Positions 9,674 to 19,400 of a DNA stretch of 64,000 nt are shown here, in pieces. This stretch comes from Planctomycetota bacterium. Its GTDB lineage: Bacteria > Planctomycetota > MHYJ01 > WSZJ01. The stretch spans positions 11,903 to 75,902 of the forward strand of contig WSZJ01000037.1 in assembly GCA_009773755.1 (NCBI GenBank), written 5' to 3'. Position numbers and translations under genes: made by a program. Under the pieces are notes generated by a model that was given only the letters and a program-made list of their open reading frames with translations, searched no databases and had not been told where the DNA came from. Every line of letters starts with the position of its first letter. Position 1 is the first letter of the stretch.

Positions 9674-10933
9674 ATGCGACTGAAGTTCTGGCAGGGGCTG
9701 TCCCTCGCAGCGGCAGCGATCGTGGCCGGCTGCAGCGACAAGCCTCAGGCGCCGCCGCCGGACGACCGGAGCATCGAGACGAGCGATGAGAAGTGGGAGA
9801 ACAACCCGGTCCGTTCCGACGGCGACGCGTTCGACGTCTCGGTGTCGGTGCCGGTGCAGGACACGATTGCGAACGCCAAAGAGGATGCGAAGGACGAGTG
9901 CTTCCGTAAGGCCGTGGACCAGGCAACGAAGGACTACCTTCGCGACACGGACAAGTACCGGAGCAACCAGAAGGAGATCGACCGGCAGATCCTCCAGCAG
10001 CCCGCGAAGTACGTGAAATCACACAGCGAACTTCGCCATATGGTTTTCCAGAGGGGTCAGATGTACGGGCTGGAGCTGCGGGTCGTGATCGACGACCAGC
10101 GGATCAAAAACGTCCTGCAGGATCTGGGGACGATTCGCACGGAGATTGCGGAGAAGAAGGCGATCCTGGCGATCTACGGCGGCAAGAACGCCGACAAGGA
10201 GCTGGTCGGCGACCTCGGCCGGCAGTTGGCGGAGTACTACAACAAGCAGGGCTACAACGCGGTCCTGTGGGACGAGATCGCGGCGGATATCGCCGAGGAG
10301 CGCAACGTCGGCGAGAAAGCGACCGAGGCCTTCATCCAGAAGTTCGTCGAGAACCCCGAGTTCGCCGGCGACCAGGAATACCAGGGGACCCTCACGGCGC
10401 TTCGAAGCCGCGGCAGCCTCGTCATCGGTTTCAACGTCATCAAAGTCTCAGTCGTGAACGGCACCGTGAACGCCGGCGTCAAGGCGTTCGCCAAGGACAT
10501 GGTTTCCGGCCGAGTCTTCGCCAATCACCAGGAGTACGGCAACCGCCGGATGGCCAGGGACTCCGACCGCGATCTCGCGATGTCCGAGAGCCTTTACGAA
10601 GCGGCGAAGCTCTGCAGCGCAAAGGTCGTCAAGGAAACCAACGACTGGTTTGACAAGAGCGAGCAGCTCCAGAAAGGCACGGAATACACGTTCAAGTTCT
10701 CCGGCTTCTCCGAGGACGACATCCAGCTTCTCAACAAGCAGTGGAGCGCGACTTTCTCGACGGGCGGAGACTTCCACATGGAAGGAACCGCCTACGTCCG
10801 GACCTACAAGAGCGAGATGAAGGGGAACGAGCTCGTTCAGAAGGTCGACATGATGATCAAGAAGGCGGGGCTGAAGGCGAAACCGCCGATGCCCGACAGC
10901 CGCGCCACCACCTTTGAGTTCAAGAGGCAATAG
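9674..10933 (+). CDS. Hypothetical lipoprotein (LPP20/FlgT-N-like helix)
   Basis: AAGGAG RBS; lipobox VAGC; AKEDAKDECFRKAVDQA helix. Confidence 0.7.
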   Translation: MRLKFWQGLSLAAAAIVAGCSDKPQAPPPDDRSIETSDEKWENNPVRSDGDAFDVSVSVPVQDTIANAKEDAKDECFRKAVDQATKDYLRDTDKYRSNQKEIDRQILQQPAKYVKSHSELRHMVFQRGQMYGLELRVVIDDQRIKNVLQDLGTIRTEIAEKKAILAIYGGKNADKELVGDLGRQLAEYYNKQGYNAVLWDEIAADIAEERNVGEKATEAFIQKFVENPEFAGDQEYQGTLTALRSRGSLVIGFNVIKVSVVNGTVNAGVKAFAKDMVSGRVFANHQEYGNRRMARDSDRDLAMSESLYEAAKLCSAKVVKETNDWFDKSEQLQKGTEYTFKFSGFSEDDIQLLNKQWSATFSTGGDFHMEGTAYVRTYKSEMKGNELVQKVDMMIKKAGLKAKPPMPDSRATTFEFKRQ

Positions 10934-10976
10934 GCAGGTGGTAGGGGGTAGGAGGTAGTGGGTAGGAACGACCTCT

Positions 10977-11011
10977 CGGGCGGGCGGCGGAAACGCTGCC
11001 CGCCCGTTTTT
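10977..11011 (+). terminator. Rho-independent terminator between convergent genes
   Basis: CGGGCGGGCGGCG-GAAA-CGCTGCCCGCCCG followed by T5. Confidence 0.75.
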
Positions 11012-11018
11012 CTGGCCA

Positions 11019-11909
11019 CTAGTCCTCGTACCCGTATTCCTTCAGCCGCGACGGATTGTTCCGCCATTTCTCGCGCACTTTCACGAACAGCTCCAGAAAC
11101 ACCTTTTTGTTGAGCTGCTTCTCGATGTCCTTTCGCGCGTCCGTGCCGATCGCCTTGATCATGCTCCCGCCCGCGCCGACGAGAATTCCCTTCTGCGAAT
11201 CGCGCTCCACGACGAGGTCCGCGACGATCTTGAGCAGCGTCTCTTTCTCCTCGTACTGTTGCACGATCACAGCGACCGCGTGCGGGACCTCCTGGTGCAC
11301 CAGCGTCAGCACTTTTTCGCGGATCAGGTCCGCCACCCACAGCTTTTCGTCCAGCCCGACTTCCTCGTCAGCCTTCACTTCAAACTCCCGCTCCGGAAGC
11401 GCCTCCGCAATGGCCTGCCAGAGAAGCGGCAGACCTTTTGCGGACTGAGCGGAGATCGGCAGGATCGCCCGGAATTGGTAGAGCTTGCGCCACTTCTCGA
11501 CCAGCTCGGTGATCAGCTTTCCGCGCTTCATGAGATCCATCTTGTTCAGCACGAGAATGACGGGGACTTCCTTCGCCCGGATCTTGATGGTCGTCAGCAT
11601 TCTCCGGTCGTTTTCCCGGGCTCCGGCGTCGTCGCTCACCAGCAGGACAAGGTCGACGCCCTCGACGGCGCGGACGACCATCCGCTCCATGAACTTGTCG
11701 AGCATCTTGGTGGGCTTGAACAGCCCCGGCGTGTCGGCGAACAGCGCCTGCGCGTTGTCCTTCGTGACGGCCGCGTACACGCGGTGGCGCGTCGTTCCCG
11801 GCTTCTCGCTGACGATCGAGACCTTTTTCCCCGCGAACGCGTTGAGCAGCGTCGACTTGCCGACGTTCGGCTTGCCGACGATCGAAACGTAGCCGCATCT
11901 TGTTTGCAT
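11019..11909 (-). CDS. era: GTPase Era
   Basis: GKPNVGKSTL, TTRH, DTPG, NKMD, C-terminal KH domain (QKGILVGAGG). Confidence 0.97.
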   Translation of the reverse strand: MQTRCGYVSIVGKPNVGKSTLLNAFAGKKVSIVSEKPGTTRHRVYAAVTKDNAQALFADTPGLFKPTKMLDKFMERMVVRAVEGVDLVLLVSDDAGARENDRRMLTTIKIRAKEVPVILVLNKMDLMKRGKLITELVEKWRKLYQFRAILPISAQSAKGLPLLWQAIAEALPEREFEVKADEEVGLDEKLWVADLIREKVLTLVHQEVPHAVAVIVQQYEEKETLLKIVADLVVERDSQKGILVGAGGSMIKAIGTDARKDIEKQLNKKVFLELFVKVREKWRNNPSRLKEYGYED

Positions 11910-11929
11910 GACGCGCGGATCATACACAT

Positions 11930-12014
11930 GAGTTGCGAGTTGCGGGTTGCGAGTTGCGAGGAAGGGCACCCTTGCCGCGGTTCACTCGCAACTCGTAACC
12001 CGCAACTCGCAACC
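11930..12014. repeat. Inverted pair of 7-mer tandem arrays (GAGTTGC)n / (GCAACTC)n
   Basis: About four units each side in the era/ABC divergent intergenic region. Confidence 0.8.
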
Positions 12015-12036
12015 GCGGTATATCATTCGCGCCGCA

Positions 12037-12945
12037 ATGGCCGCCATCGTCGCGCAAGCGCTCACCAAGCACTACAAGGACACCGTCGCGGTGAACGCGA
12101 TTTCGTTCGAGGTTCGCGAAGGGGAGTGCTTCGGCTTTCTCGGGCCGAACGGGGCGGGGAAGACGACGACGATGAAAATGACGTACGGATTCAGTCCCGT
12201 GACCTCCGGGCGCCTCGAAGTCTTCGGACTCGATGTCCTGACCCGATCGCGGGAAGTCAGGGCGCAAACCGGCGTCTGCCCGCAGGAGGACAATCTCGAC
12301 CCGGACTTCACCGTCCGCAAGAACCTGATCGTCTACTGCAGGTACTTCGGCATCGATCCCGTTGAGGCCGCGAAGCGCGCCGACGAACTGCTCGACTTCG
12401 TGGCGCTTCGGGAAAAGGCCGGCGGACCCGTGATGGCGCTGTCGGGCGGCATGAAGCGCCGTCTCGTCCTCGCGAGGGCGCTTCTCAACAAGCCGAAGCT
12501 CCTCATCCTCGACGAGCCGACGACCGGCCTCGACCCGCAGGCCCGGCACGTGCTGTGGGACAAGATCCGCGAGCTGCGCCGTAAGGGCGTGACGATCCTG
12601 CTGACGACCCACTATATGGAAGAGGCCGCCCAGCTCTGCGACCGTCTCGTGATCATGGACAAGGCGAAAATCCTGGTGAAGGGGTCGCCGGCGGAGCTGA
12701 CCGCGAAGCATGCGCGCCCGACGGTCGTCGAGGTCTGGAACCCTCCCGCCGCGGCCGAGGCGTGGATCAAGGCGCGCAACATGCCCTGCGAGCGCTTCGG
12801 CGACCGGCTCTACGTCTACCCGGACGCCGGCGAGGCGCTTCAACGCGAGCTCGTCACGAAGTTCAACGCCGACCAGGTCATCGTCCGCCGAGGCACGCTC
12901 GAGGACGTTTTTCTGCGGCTGACGGGAAGGGATCTGCGCGAATGA
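12037..12945 (+). CDS. ABC-2 transporter ATP-binding protein (NodI/DrrA-like)
   Basis: GPNGAGKTT, LSGGMKRR, LILDEPTTGLDP, LTTHYMEEA. Confidence 0.93.
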   Translation: MAAIVAQALTKHYKDTVAVNAISFEVREGECFGFLGPNGAGKTTTMKMTYGFSPVTSGRLEVFGLDVLTRSREVRAQTGVCPQEDNLDPDFTVRKNLIVYCRYFGIDPVEAAKRADELLDFVALREKAGGPVMALSGGMKRRLVLARALLNKPKLLILDEPTTGLDPQARHVLWDKIRELRRKGVTILLTTHYMEEAAQLCDRLVIMDKAKILVKGSPAELTAKHARPTVVEVWNPPAAAEAWIKARNMPCERFGDRLYVYPDAGEALQRELVTKFNADQVIVRRGTLEDVFLRLTGRDLRE

Positions 12946-13715
12946 ACCCCTTTCAGCGCATCCTGACCGTCTGGCGCCGGAACCTCGACGTCTACCTCGT
13001 GACGTGGAAGGTGAACTTCCTGCCGCCGCTTCTTGAGCCGATGTTCTACCTGCTGGCGTTCGGCGCGGGGTTGGGCGGTTTCGTGAAGGTGATTCCATAC
13101 AGGGGCGGGGAAGTCGGTTACACGAGTTTCATCGCGCCCGGGATGATCGGGATTTCGGTGATGTTCTCGTCCTTCTTCGAGTGCACGTACGGCTCGTACA
13201 TCCGCATGTACTACCAGAAGACCTTCGACGCGATCATCGCGACGCCATTGAGCCTCGAAGAAGTCATCCTCGGCGAAATCCTCTGGGGCGCGACCAAGTC
13301 CTTCATCTCGGTCACGATCATGTGCGTCGTGGTCCGCGCCTTCGGGTTCATGCAGTTCCCGGACCTGATTGCGCTCCCGTTTGTGGCGTTCCTGGGCGGC
13401 CTTTTCTTCGCTTCCGTGGCGATGTGTTTCACCTCGTTCACCCCCGGAATCGACGCGTTCAACTACCCGATCTTCCTCTTCATCACGCCGATGAGCCTCT
13501 TCGGGGGGACGTATTTCCCGATCGAAGGTCTGCCGGCGTGGGCACAGCAGGTGGCTGTGTTCATGCCGCTGACGCACTTGACTTCCGTGACGCGCTCGAT
13601 CGCGTTCGGGCACTGGGACATGGGAGTCTTCGTGCGCCTGGCGGGATTCGCGGCGCTGGTAGCTCCTCTGATGATCCTCGCGGTGAGGCTGATGAAGCGA
13701 CGCCTGATCGTCTAG
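12942..13715 (+). CDS. ABC-2 transporter permease (NodJ-like)
   Basis: Six hydrophobic segments, YTSFIAPG, ATPLS, FGGTYFP; ATGA overlap. Confidence 0.9.
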   Translation: MNPFQRILTVWRRNLDVYLVTWKVNFLPPLLEPMFYLLAFGAGLGGFVKVIPYRGGEVGYTSFIAPGMIGISVMFSSFFECTYGSYIRMYYQKTFDAIIATPLSLEEVILGEILWGATKSFISVTIMCVVVRAFGFMQFPDLIALPFVAFLGGLFFASVAMCFTSFTPGIDAFNYPIFLFITPMSLFGGTYFPIEGLPAWAQQVAVFMPLTHLTSVTRSIAFGHWDMGVFVRLAGFAALVAPLMILAVRLMKRRLIV

Positions 13716-13751
13716 AAGAGGGCATTCGTGGCCAGGCTTTCCCTCTGTAGA

Positions 13752-13779
13752 ACGTCCGATAATGTCTCTTATGTTGCGT
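13752..13779. other. dif-like XerC/XerD recombination site
   Basis: ACGTCCGATAA-TGTCTC-TTATGTTGCGT: 11-6-11 layout with ATAA-N6-TTATG core, intergenic. Confidence 0.45.
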
Positions 13780-13902
13780 CCAGATGGATAGCGCCAGGCG
13801 CCGTTCTGTCCTCGATTTCCCTGGGGAAACCACGCCCCTTCCCACGAGGGCCGAGGAATCAACCATTGGAACCTGCGAGTCCGCAACCGAGAATGCCCGC
13901 CC

Positions 13903-14628
13903 ATGACATCTTTCTTCGCCGGGCTGGGTGACTTCTTCGCGGGCTTCGGCCTCGTCCTCAGGGTCGGGAGTATCCGCAAATGGGCGATCATCCCGATGAT
14001 CCTGAATGCCCTGCTGTTTGGCGTCCTTGCGGTCCTGGTGTTCCTCTACGCGGACAATGCCGTGGACTGGATGCTGGGACAGTCGAAGTCGAACTGGGGG
14101 TCGTTCTGGTACGTCGTGCTGCAGGTTCTGGTCATCGTCGCCGGCCTCATGGCGGTGATCGTCCTGACCCTGGTTCTTTCGAGCCTGATTGCGGCGCCGT
14201 TTTATACGAAGCTCGCCGAGGCCACCCTGCTTCACCTCACCGGCCGGCAGATTGCAGACATGGGGCCGCTCTGGAAGATCGCCTTCAAAACGATCTACCA
14301 GGAGGCTGGCAAGCTGGCGATCTTCATCGGTGTCCAGGCCGTGCTGTTCGGCATCGGCCTGGTTCCGCTCGTTGGCCAGGTCATCGCGGGGGGCGTGACG
14401 TTTCTGCTGCTCGCGTTCCAATTCGCCGACTATTCACTCGAGGCGTACGGCTACGGCCTGCTCGACCGCTACAAGTTCACGGTTGCCAACCCCGGCCGGT
14501 CGCTGGGATTCGGCTGCGGCGCGTTTCTGACCACGATCATCCCGCTCATGGGCATCTTCACGGCGCCGGCCGCCGTGGCAGGCGCCGCCCGCATGGTGGT
14601 CCGGCTCAAGGGCGAAAACGTCCGATAA
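13903..14628 (+). CDS. cysZ: CysZ/EI24 family membrane protein
   Basis: IIPMILNALLF, LIAAPFYTKLAE, AFQFADYS, APAAVAGA are typical of CysZ. Confidence 0.75.
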   Translation: MTSFFAGLGDFFAGFGLVLRVGSIRKWAIIPMILNALLFGVLAVLVFLYADNAVDWMLGQSKSNWGSFWYVVLQVLVIVAGLMAVIVLTLVLSSLIAAPFYTKLAEATLLHLTGRQIADMGPLWKIAFKTIYQEAGKLAIFIGVQAVLFGIGLVPLVGQVIAGGVTFLLLAFQFADYSLEAYGYGLLDRYKFTVANPGRSLGFGCGAFLTTIIPLMGIFTAPAAVAGAARMVVRLKGENVR

Positions 14629-14647
14629 TATTCCCCGTCTCTTCAAC

Positions 14648-14682
14648 AAAAACGGCGGCCATCGAGGCCGCCGTTTTCTTTT
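14648..14682. terminator. Bidirectional terminator
   Basis: AAAAACGGCGGCC-ATCGA-GGCCGCCGTTTT between convergent genes. Confidence 0.8.
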
Positions 14683-14746
14683 CGTTTTTCCTTTTTCGTT
14701 TTTCTTTTTTCGTTTCCTCGTTGCCCATATCCACTTCCACCCCGGC

Positions 14747-16321
14747 TCATTCCTCCGCCCTGAAATGCTCCATGTAGTGCGGCTGCTTCATCAGCAGCGG
14801 CCGGATCCTCCCCGACTTCAACAACGCGAGGAAAATCTCCGCCACCTTCGGGTCGAACTGCGCTCCCTTGCACCGCTCCACTTCGAACATCACCTCTTCG
14901 TGAGTCATCCCCCGCCGGTACGGCCGGTGGCTCGTCATCGCGTCGTACGAATCCGCCATCTGGATCACCCGCGCCATCGCGGGAATCTGCTCCGCCCTCA
15001 GCCCGTCCGGATACCCCATCCCGTCCCACCGCTCGTGGTGGTGCCGGATCCCGCCGATGATCGCCGCCGCGTTCTTCAGGTGCTTGATGATCTCCGCCCC
15101 GATCACCGGATGCTGCTTCATCACCTCGTACTCCTCCGCCGTCAGCTTGCCGGGCTTCAGCAGCACGCGCTCGGGAATGCCGATCTTGCCGACGTCGTGC
15201 AGAAGCGCGCTCAGGTTCAGCGTCGTCAGGTCCTTCTCGTTCCAGTTCATCGCGCGCGCCAGCTCGACCGCATACGTCGTCACGCGCTCGGAATGCCCGC
15301 ACGTGTACTTGTCCTTGGCTTCGAGCGCCGCAACGATCGTCCGGATGCTCTCGAAGAAGAGGCTCTCGAGGTCTTCGATGAGCTTGGCGCGGTCGATGGC
15401 GAGGCCGGCCTGAAGGGCGATGGCGGTCACGAGCTCGAGATCCGCCTGCTGGAACACGTCGGCGACCCCCGTCGAATCGAGGTAGATCGCTCCCAGGATC
15501 TTCTCCTTCGCGGCGAGCGGTACGCACATCACGCTTCGGATGTGCTGGATGATCACGGACTCCCCTGCCTTGAAGCGCTCGTCCCCCATCGCGTCGTTCG
15601 AAATGATCGACTGCCCGTTTCGCACAACGCTGTCGAGAATCGTCCGGGACAGGTACGGCCGCACTTCCTGGCTCGGGTCTTCCGTCGGATCGTCGACGCC
15701 CGTGTGCACCACCACCGGCTCGTAGGTCCCGCGCTCCCGGTCGATCAGGATCAGCGTCCCGCGGTCCGCCCGGATCTGGCTCATGACCGCGTCCATCGTG
15801 CTCTTCAACACCTTCTGCAGGTCGATTTCCCCGTTGATCAGGTTGCCGACCTTGTACAGCGTCGTCAGCGCACGGTGGGCCTGGCGCATGTCCGCTTCGC
15901 TCTGGGGAAGCGCCATGATGGTCGACTTGTCCAGGTCGAGGCCGACGCTTGTTTCTTCCTTGCCGCCGCCCTCGCTCTTTCCCTCGTGCGTGAGGAAAAT
16001 CTGCGTCGTTTCCTCATTCACGTCGTCCTGCACGCGGAACTCGAAGAGGCTGGAGCCGGCCGCGACGATGTCGCCGTGATGAAGCGGGACCGTCCCGGTG
16101 ATGCGCTCGCTGTTGACGTAGGTGCCGTTGGTGGACTTGGCGTCGATGAGTACGTACCCGCCGTTGTCCTGCGAGACGCCGAAATGTCGGCGCGAAAGGC
16201 CCGGGTCGAACATGGGGATGCTGGAATCGTCGCCGCGTCCGATCGAGATCGCCGCCTTAGGCGTCACCTCGATGAATGCGCCGGCGTTCTTGCCCTTGAT
16301 GACCAAGAGGCGCGCCTGCAT
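14747..16321 (-). CDS. FHA-GAF-HD-GYP cyclic dinucleotide phosphodiesterase
   Basis: FHA (IGRG, LSRRH, STNGTYVN), GAF (SVMCVPL), HDVGKIG, HHERWDGMGYP. Confidence 0.92.
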   Translation of the reverse strand: MQARLLVIKGKNAGAFIEVTPKAAISIGRGDDSSIPMFDPGLSRRHFGVSQDNGGYVLIDAKSTNGTYVNSERITGTVPLHHGDIVAAGSSLFEFRVQDDVNEETTQIFLTHEGKSEGGGKEETSVGLDLDKSTIMALPQSEADMRQAHRALTTLYKVGNLINGEIDLQKVLKSTMDAVMSQIRADRGTLILIDRERGTYEPVVVHTGVDDPTEDPSQEVRPYLSRTILDSVVRNGQSIISNDAMGDERFKAGESVIIQHIRSVMCVPLAAKEKILGAIYLDSTGVADVFQQADLELVTAIALQAGLAIDRAKLIEDLESLFFESIRTIVAALEAKDKYTCGHSERVTTYAVELARAMNWNEKDLTTLNLSALLHDVGKIGIPERVLLKPGKLTAEEYEVMKQHPVIGAEIIKHLKNAAAIIGGIRHHHERWDGMGYPDGLRAEQIPAMARVIQMADSYDAMTSHRPYRRGMTHEEVMFEVERCKGAQFDPKVAEIFLALLKSGRIRPLLMKQPHYMEHFRAEE

Positions 16322-16480
16322 CTTGTTGATTCCCCGGGAGTTTGGGCGGACCTGACGGCAGAACTTCCACGCTGATTCTAGGTCCGGAGCACGTCCTTGA
16401 TCAAGCGCGAAGAGTGGGCCAATCGCATGTCTCCCACTCTTCGCGCATGACAGCGTTCCCATCGAGGACAATGGGCGGAG

Positions 16481-19400
16481 TCAGGGCCGGCCGCGGAGTA
16501 GCGCGCGGCACCTGACCAGCGCCGGGTGACTCTCCAGAAGCTCGCGTTTCCCGGCTGGAAGCAGGGCCGCTAGCCTCATGGCCTCGCGTTCGGCCGCCTC
16601 GGCGTCCGACCGCGAACCCGAAATTGAGGCCAGGTCGGCTCGCACGCGCCAGGCGATACCCAGGAGGCCGAGAGACTCGACCTCGGCGGCGAAACGGCGG
16701 AGGGTCGGCTCCGTCTGGTGAGCCCGGGCGGCGACGGCAGTTGCGGTCCAGAGGACGCCATCCTGGGTGGGCAATGGCGCGATGGCGAGGATTTCGGCGG
16801 CGGCGGCGGGGTCTCCGGCGCTCGCGCGGATCTGGAGCGCCAGCGCCGGGGGCATGTCGGCCGCAATTGCGAGCGCCTCCTCGCGCTTCCCCGCTTCAAG
16901 GAGGTCGAGCGCAAGCATGAAGCGGCAATCTGTCGAGCGCGTTGGATCGACGGCGGAGGATTCACGATGGTCGCGCTCGGCGGCTTCAAAGTCTCCGGAC
17001 AGGCGGGAAAGATTGCCTCTCGCGTCGAGGGCGGCCGCGAGCACCCGTTGCTGCCGGGTCGCGCGTGCGAGGGCAATGGCGGCGTCCAGTGCCGTCGAAG
17101 CTCCGGCGAGGTCGCCGAGCAGGTGGCGCACGATCGCCGCATTGCCGAGCGTCGTCGCGACGCCGGATCGGTCGCCCATTTCGCGCCGGAGCGAAAGCGC
17201 CTGGTTGTAGGTCTCGAGCGCTTCCCGGTAACGGCAGCGGCGCGCGTGGATGTTCGCGAGATTGTTGAGGCAGATGCCGAGGCCGTAGACGAGGCCTATT
17301 TCGCGGGCGAGACGGATCGCCTCCTGGTAGGTCGCGACCGCCGTGTCTTCCGCCTGGAGGCGCGCCTGGACTTCAGCGAGGTTGGTGAGGCTCCCGATGA
17401 CGCCCGGGCGATTCCCGACCTCTTTTTCGAGGGTCATCGAATCCTCGAAAAGTTTCCGGGCTTCCTCGAACGCGTTCCGGCGCATCGCCAGCAGCCCTAG
17501 ATTGTTCAGCGCCGCGGCAGCGGTGCGCCGGTCCCCCGCCGCCCGGGCCGCCGCCTCGCAACGCTTCCAGGCGTCTTCCGCTTCCCCGTCGCGCCTCTGC
17601 CGCGCCATCACGACGCCGAGCGTGTTGAGCGCCGCGGACTCCGCGACGCCGTCCCCGTCCTTCGCGGCCTCGGCGGCGATCCTGCGGGCCTCGGATTCGG
17701 CGCCGTCGAAGCGTTCCATGTAGGCGAGCGTGTGGGCGATGCCGTTTTCGGCGAGACGCCGGTTGACGACGTCGCCGTCGAGCGCATGCTTCTCCCGGAG
17801 ACGTCGGTGGTCGGCGAGGGCCTCGGCCTGGCGTCCCATGTGGATCAGGACTTCCGCGCGGCCGCGAAGGGCCTCGGGGCGCTCGTCCATCGCGAGGACC
17901 CGGGCGTAGCAGGAGAGCGCTTCCTGGTTCGCATAGATCTGCCTCGCGCGGCCGGCGGCCTCGAGGAAGAGGGAGACTGCGCGATCGCGAACGTCGGCCT
18001 GCTCGAAATGATTGGCGGCTGAGGCGAGGAGGTCGAGGGGCCGCCGGGGGCCGAGGCGTTCTTCGAGGGCTTCGGCGATGCCGCGGTGGAGTGCTTTCCG
18101 GTTGCGCCTCAGGATCTCCCGGTAGGCGACCTCGGGGATGAGGGCGTGGGCGAAAGCGAAGTCGCGGTCGCCGGCGTTTGACGCAGGGCGTTCGTGAATG
18201 AGCTCCCGGCGGAGCAGCTCGGCAAGCGCTTCATCCACGCCGCGCTCAAGAACGCGCTCGAGAATCGACCGCGAAAAAGTGCGGCCCGCGACGGCTGCGG
18301 CCTTGAGCACCTTGCGGGCGTCTTCCGGAAGAGCGTCGATGCGCGAGGTCACGACGCCCTGGACCGTGTGCGGAAGCCTGACTTCCTCGATCGGCCGCGC
18401 GAGGCGGAGAGTCCGGCTGGGCTTCAGGGCCAGTCCTTCGCCGTCGAGCTCGACGTCGGTGTCCTCGGCGAGCGCGCCCTCCTCGACGAGGCTGCGGAGC
18501 ATTTCCTCGATGAAGAAGGCATTCCCTTCCGACCGGCGGTGGATGAGCTCCGCGAGTTCGCGCGGGAGGTCGCGTCCGCCGAGGAGGGCGCGGATCAGTT
18601 CGTCGGTCTCGCCCGGCGAGAGCGCGGCCAGCTCGACCCTTTCGATCTCCGCGAGCGAGGGCCGCTCCCGGAATGCTTCGGAACGGGCGACCGCGACGAG
18701 CGCGACGGGGGCGGGAAGCGGGGACTTCAGCAGGTTTTCGATGAAGTCGGTCGTGCCGGAGTCCGCCCACTGGAGTTCGTTGAGGAGCAGGACGACGGGC
18801 CCGCGGTGCGAGAGGCCGATAAGGAGGTTGCGAAGGGCGGCGAAGGCGGCGACGCGGACGTCGCGCGGATCCAGGTGACGGACGCGCGTGCCGGACTCGA
18901 TGCCGAAGAGCCGGCCGATGAAGCCTGCCGAGAGGTCGGGGTTGCGGTCGCCGCCGGTGGCGAGGTCCTCGGCGAGCGACCGCATGAGCTCGTCCGCCTC
19001 CGTTTCCTCGCCGTAACGCCCCAGCACCGCGGCGCGCACGGCGCGGGACGGCTCGCCGCCGTATGGAACGGAGTCGCCCGAGAGGAAGACCGCCTCGGGC
19101 CAGCATTTCTCAACCCGCCGGCGCCATTCCGAGACAAGTCGAGCTTTGCCGACACCCGGCGACCCGGCGATTCCGATCGAGACCATCGAATTCGAAGCAC
19201 GTGACTTTTCGAGCAGCGCGTCCAGGCGGGCGAGCTCGGAAGATCTTCCGACGAACGGCGTGGCAATCCCGGCCGCCGACTCGATCCTCGGCGCGGGGCC
19301 CGCGACCTCGAAAACGCTCAGCGCTCCGCTCTTCCCCTTGACCAGGAGAGGTTCCAGCAGCCGCACCGCGAACTTCCCTTCCACGAGCTTTTGCGTCGCC

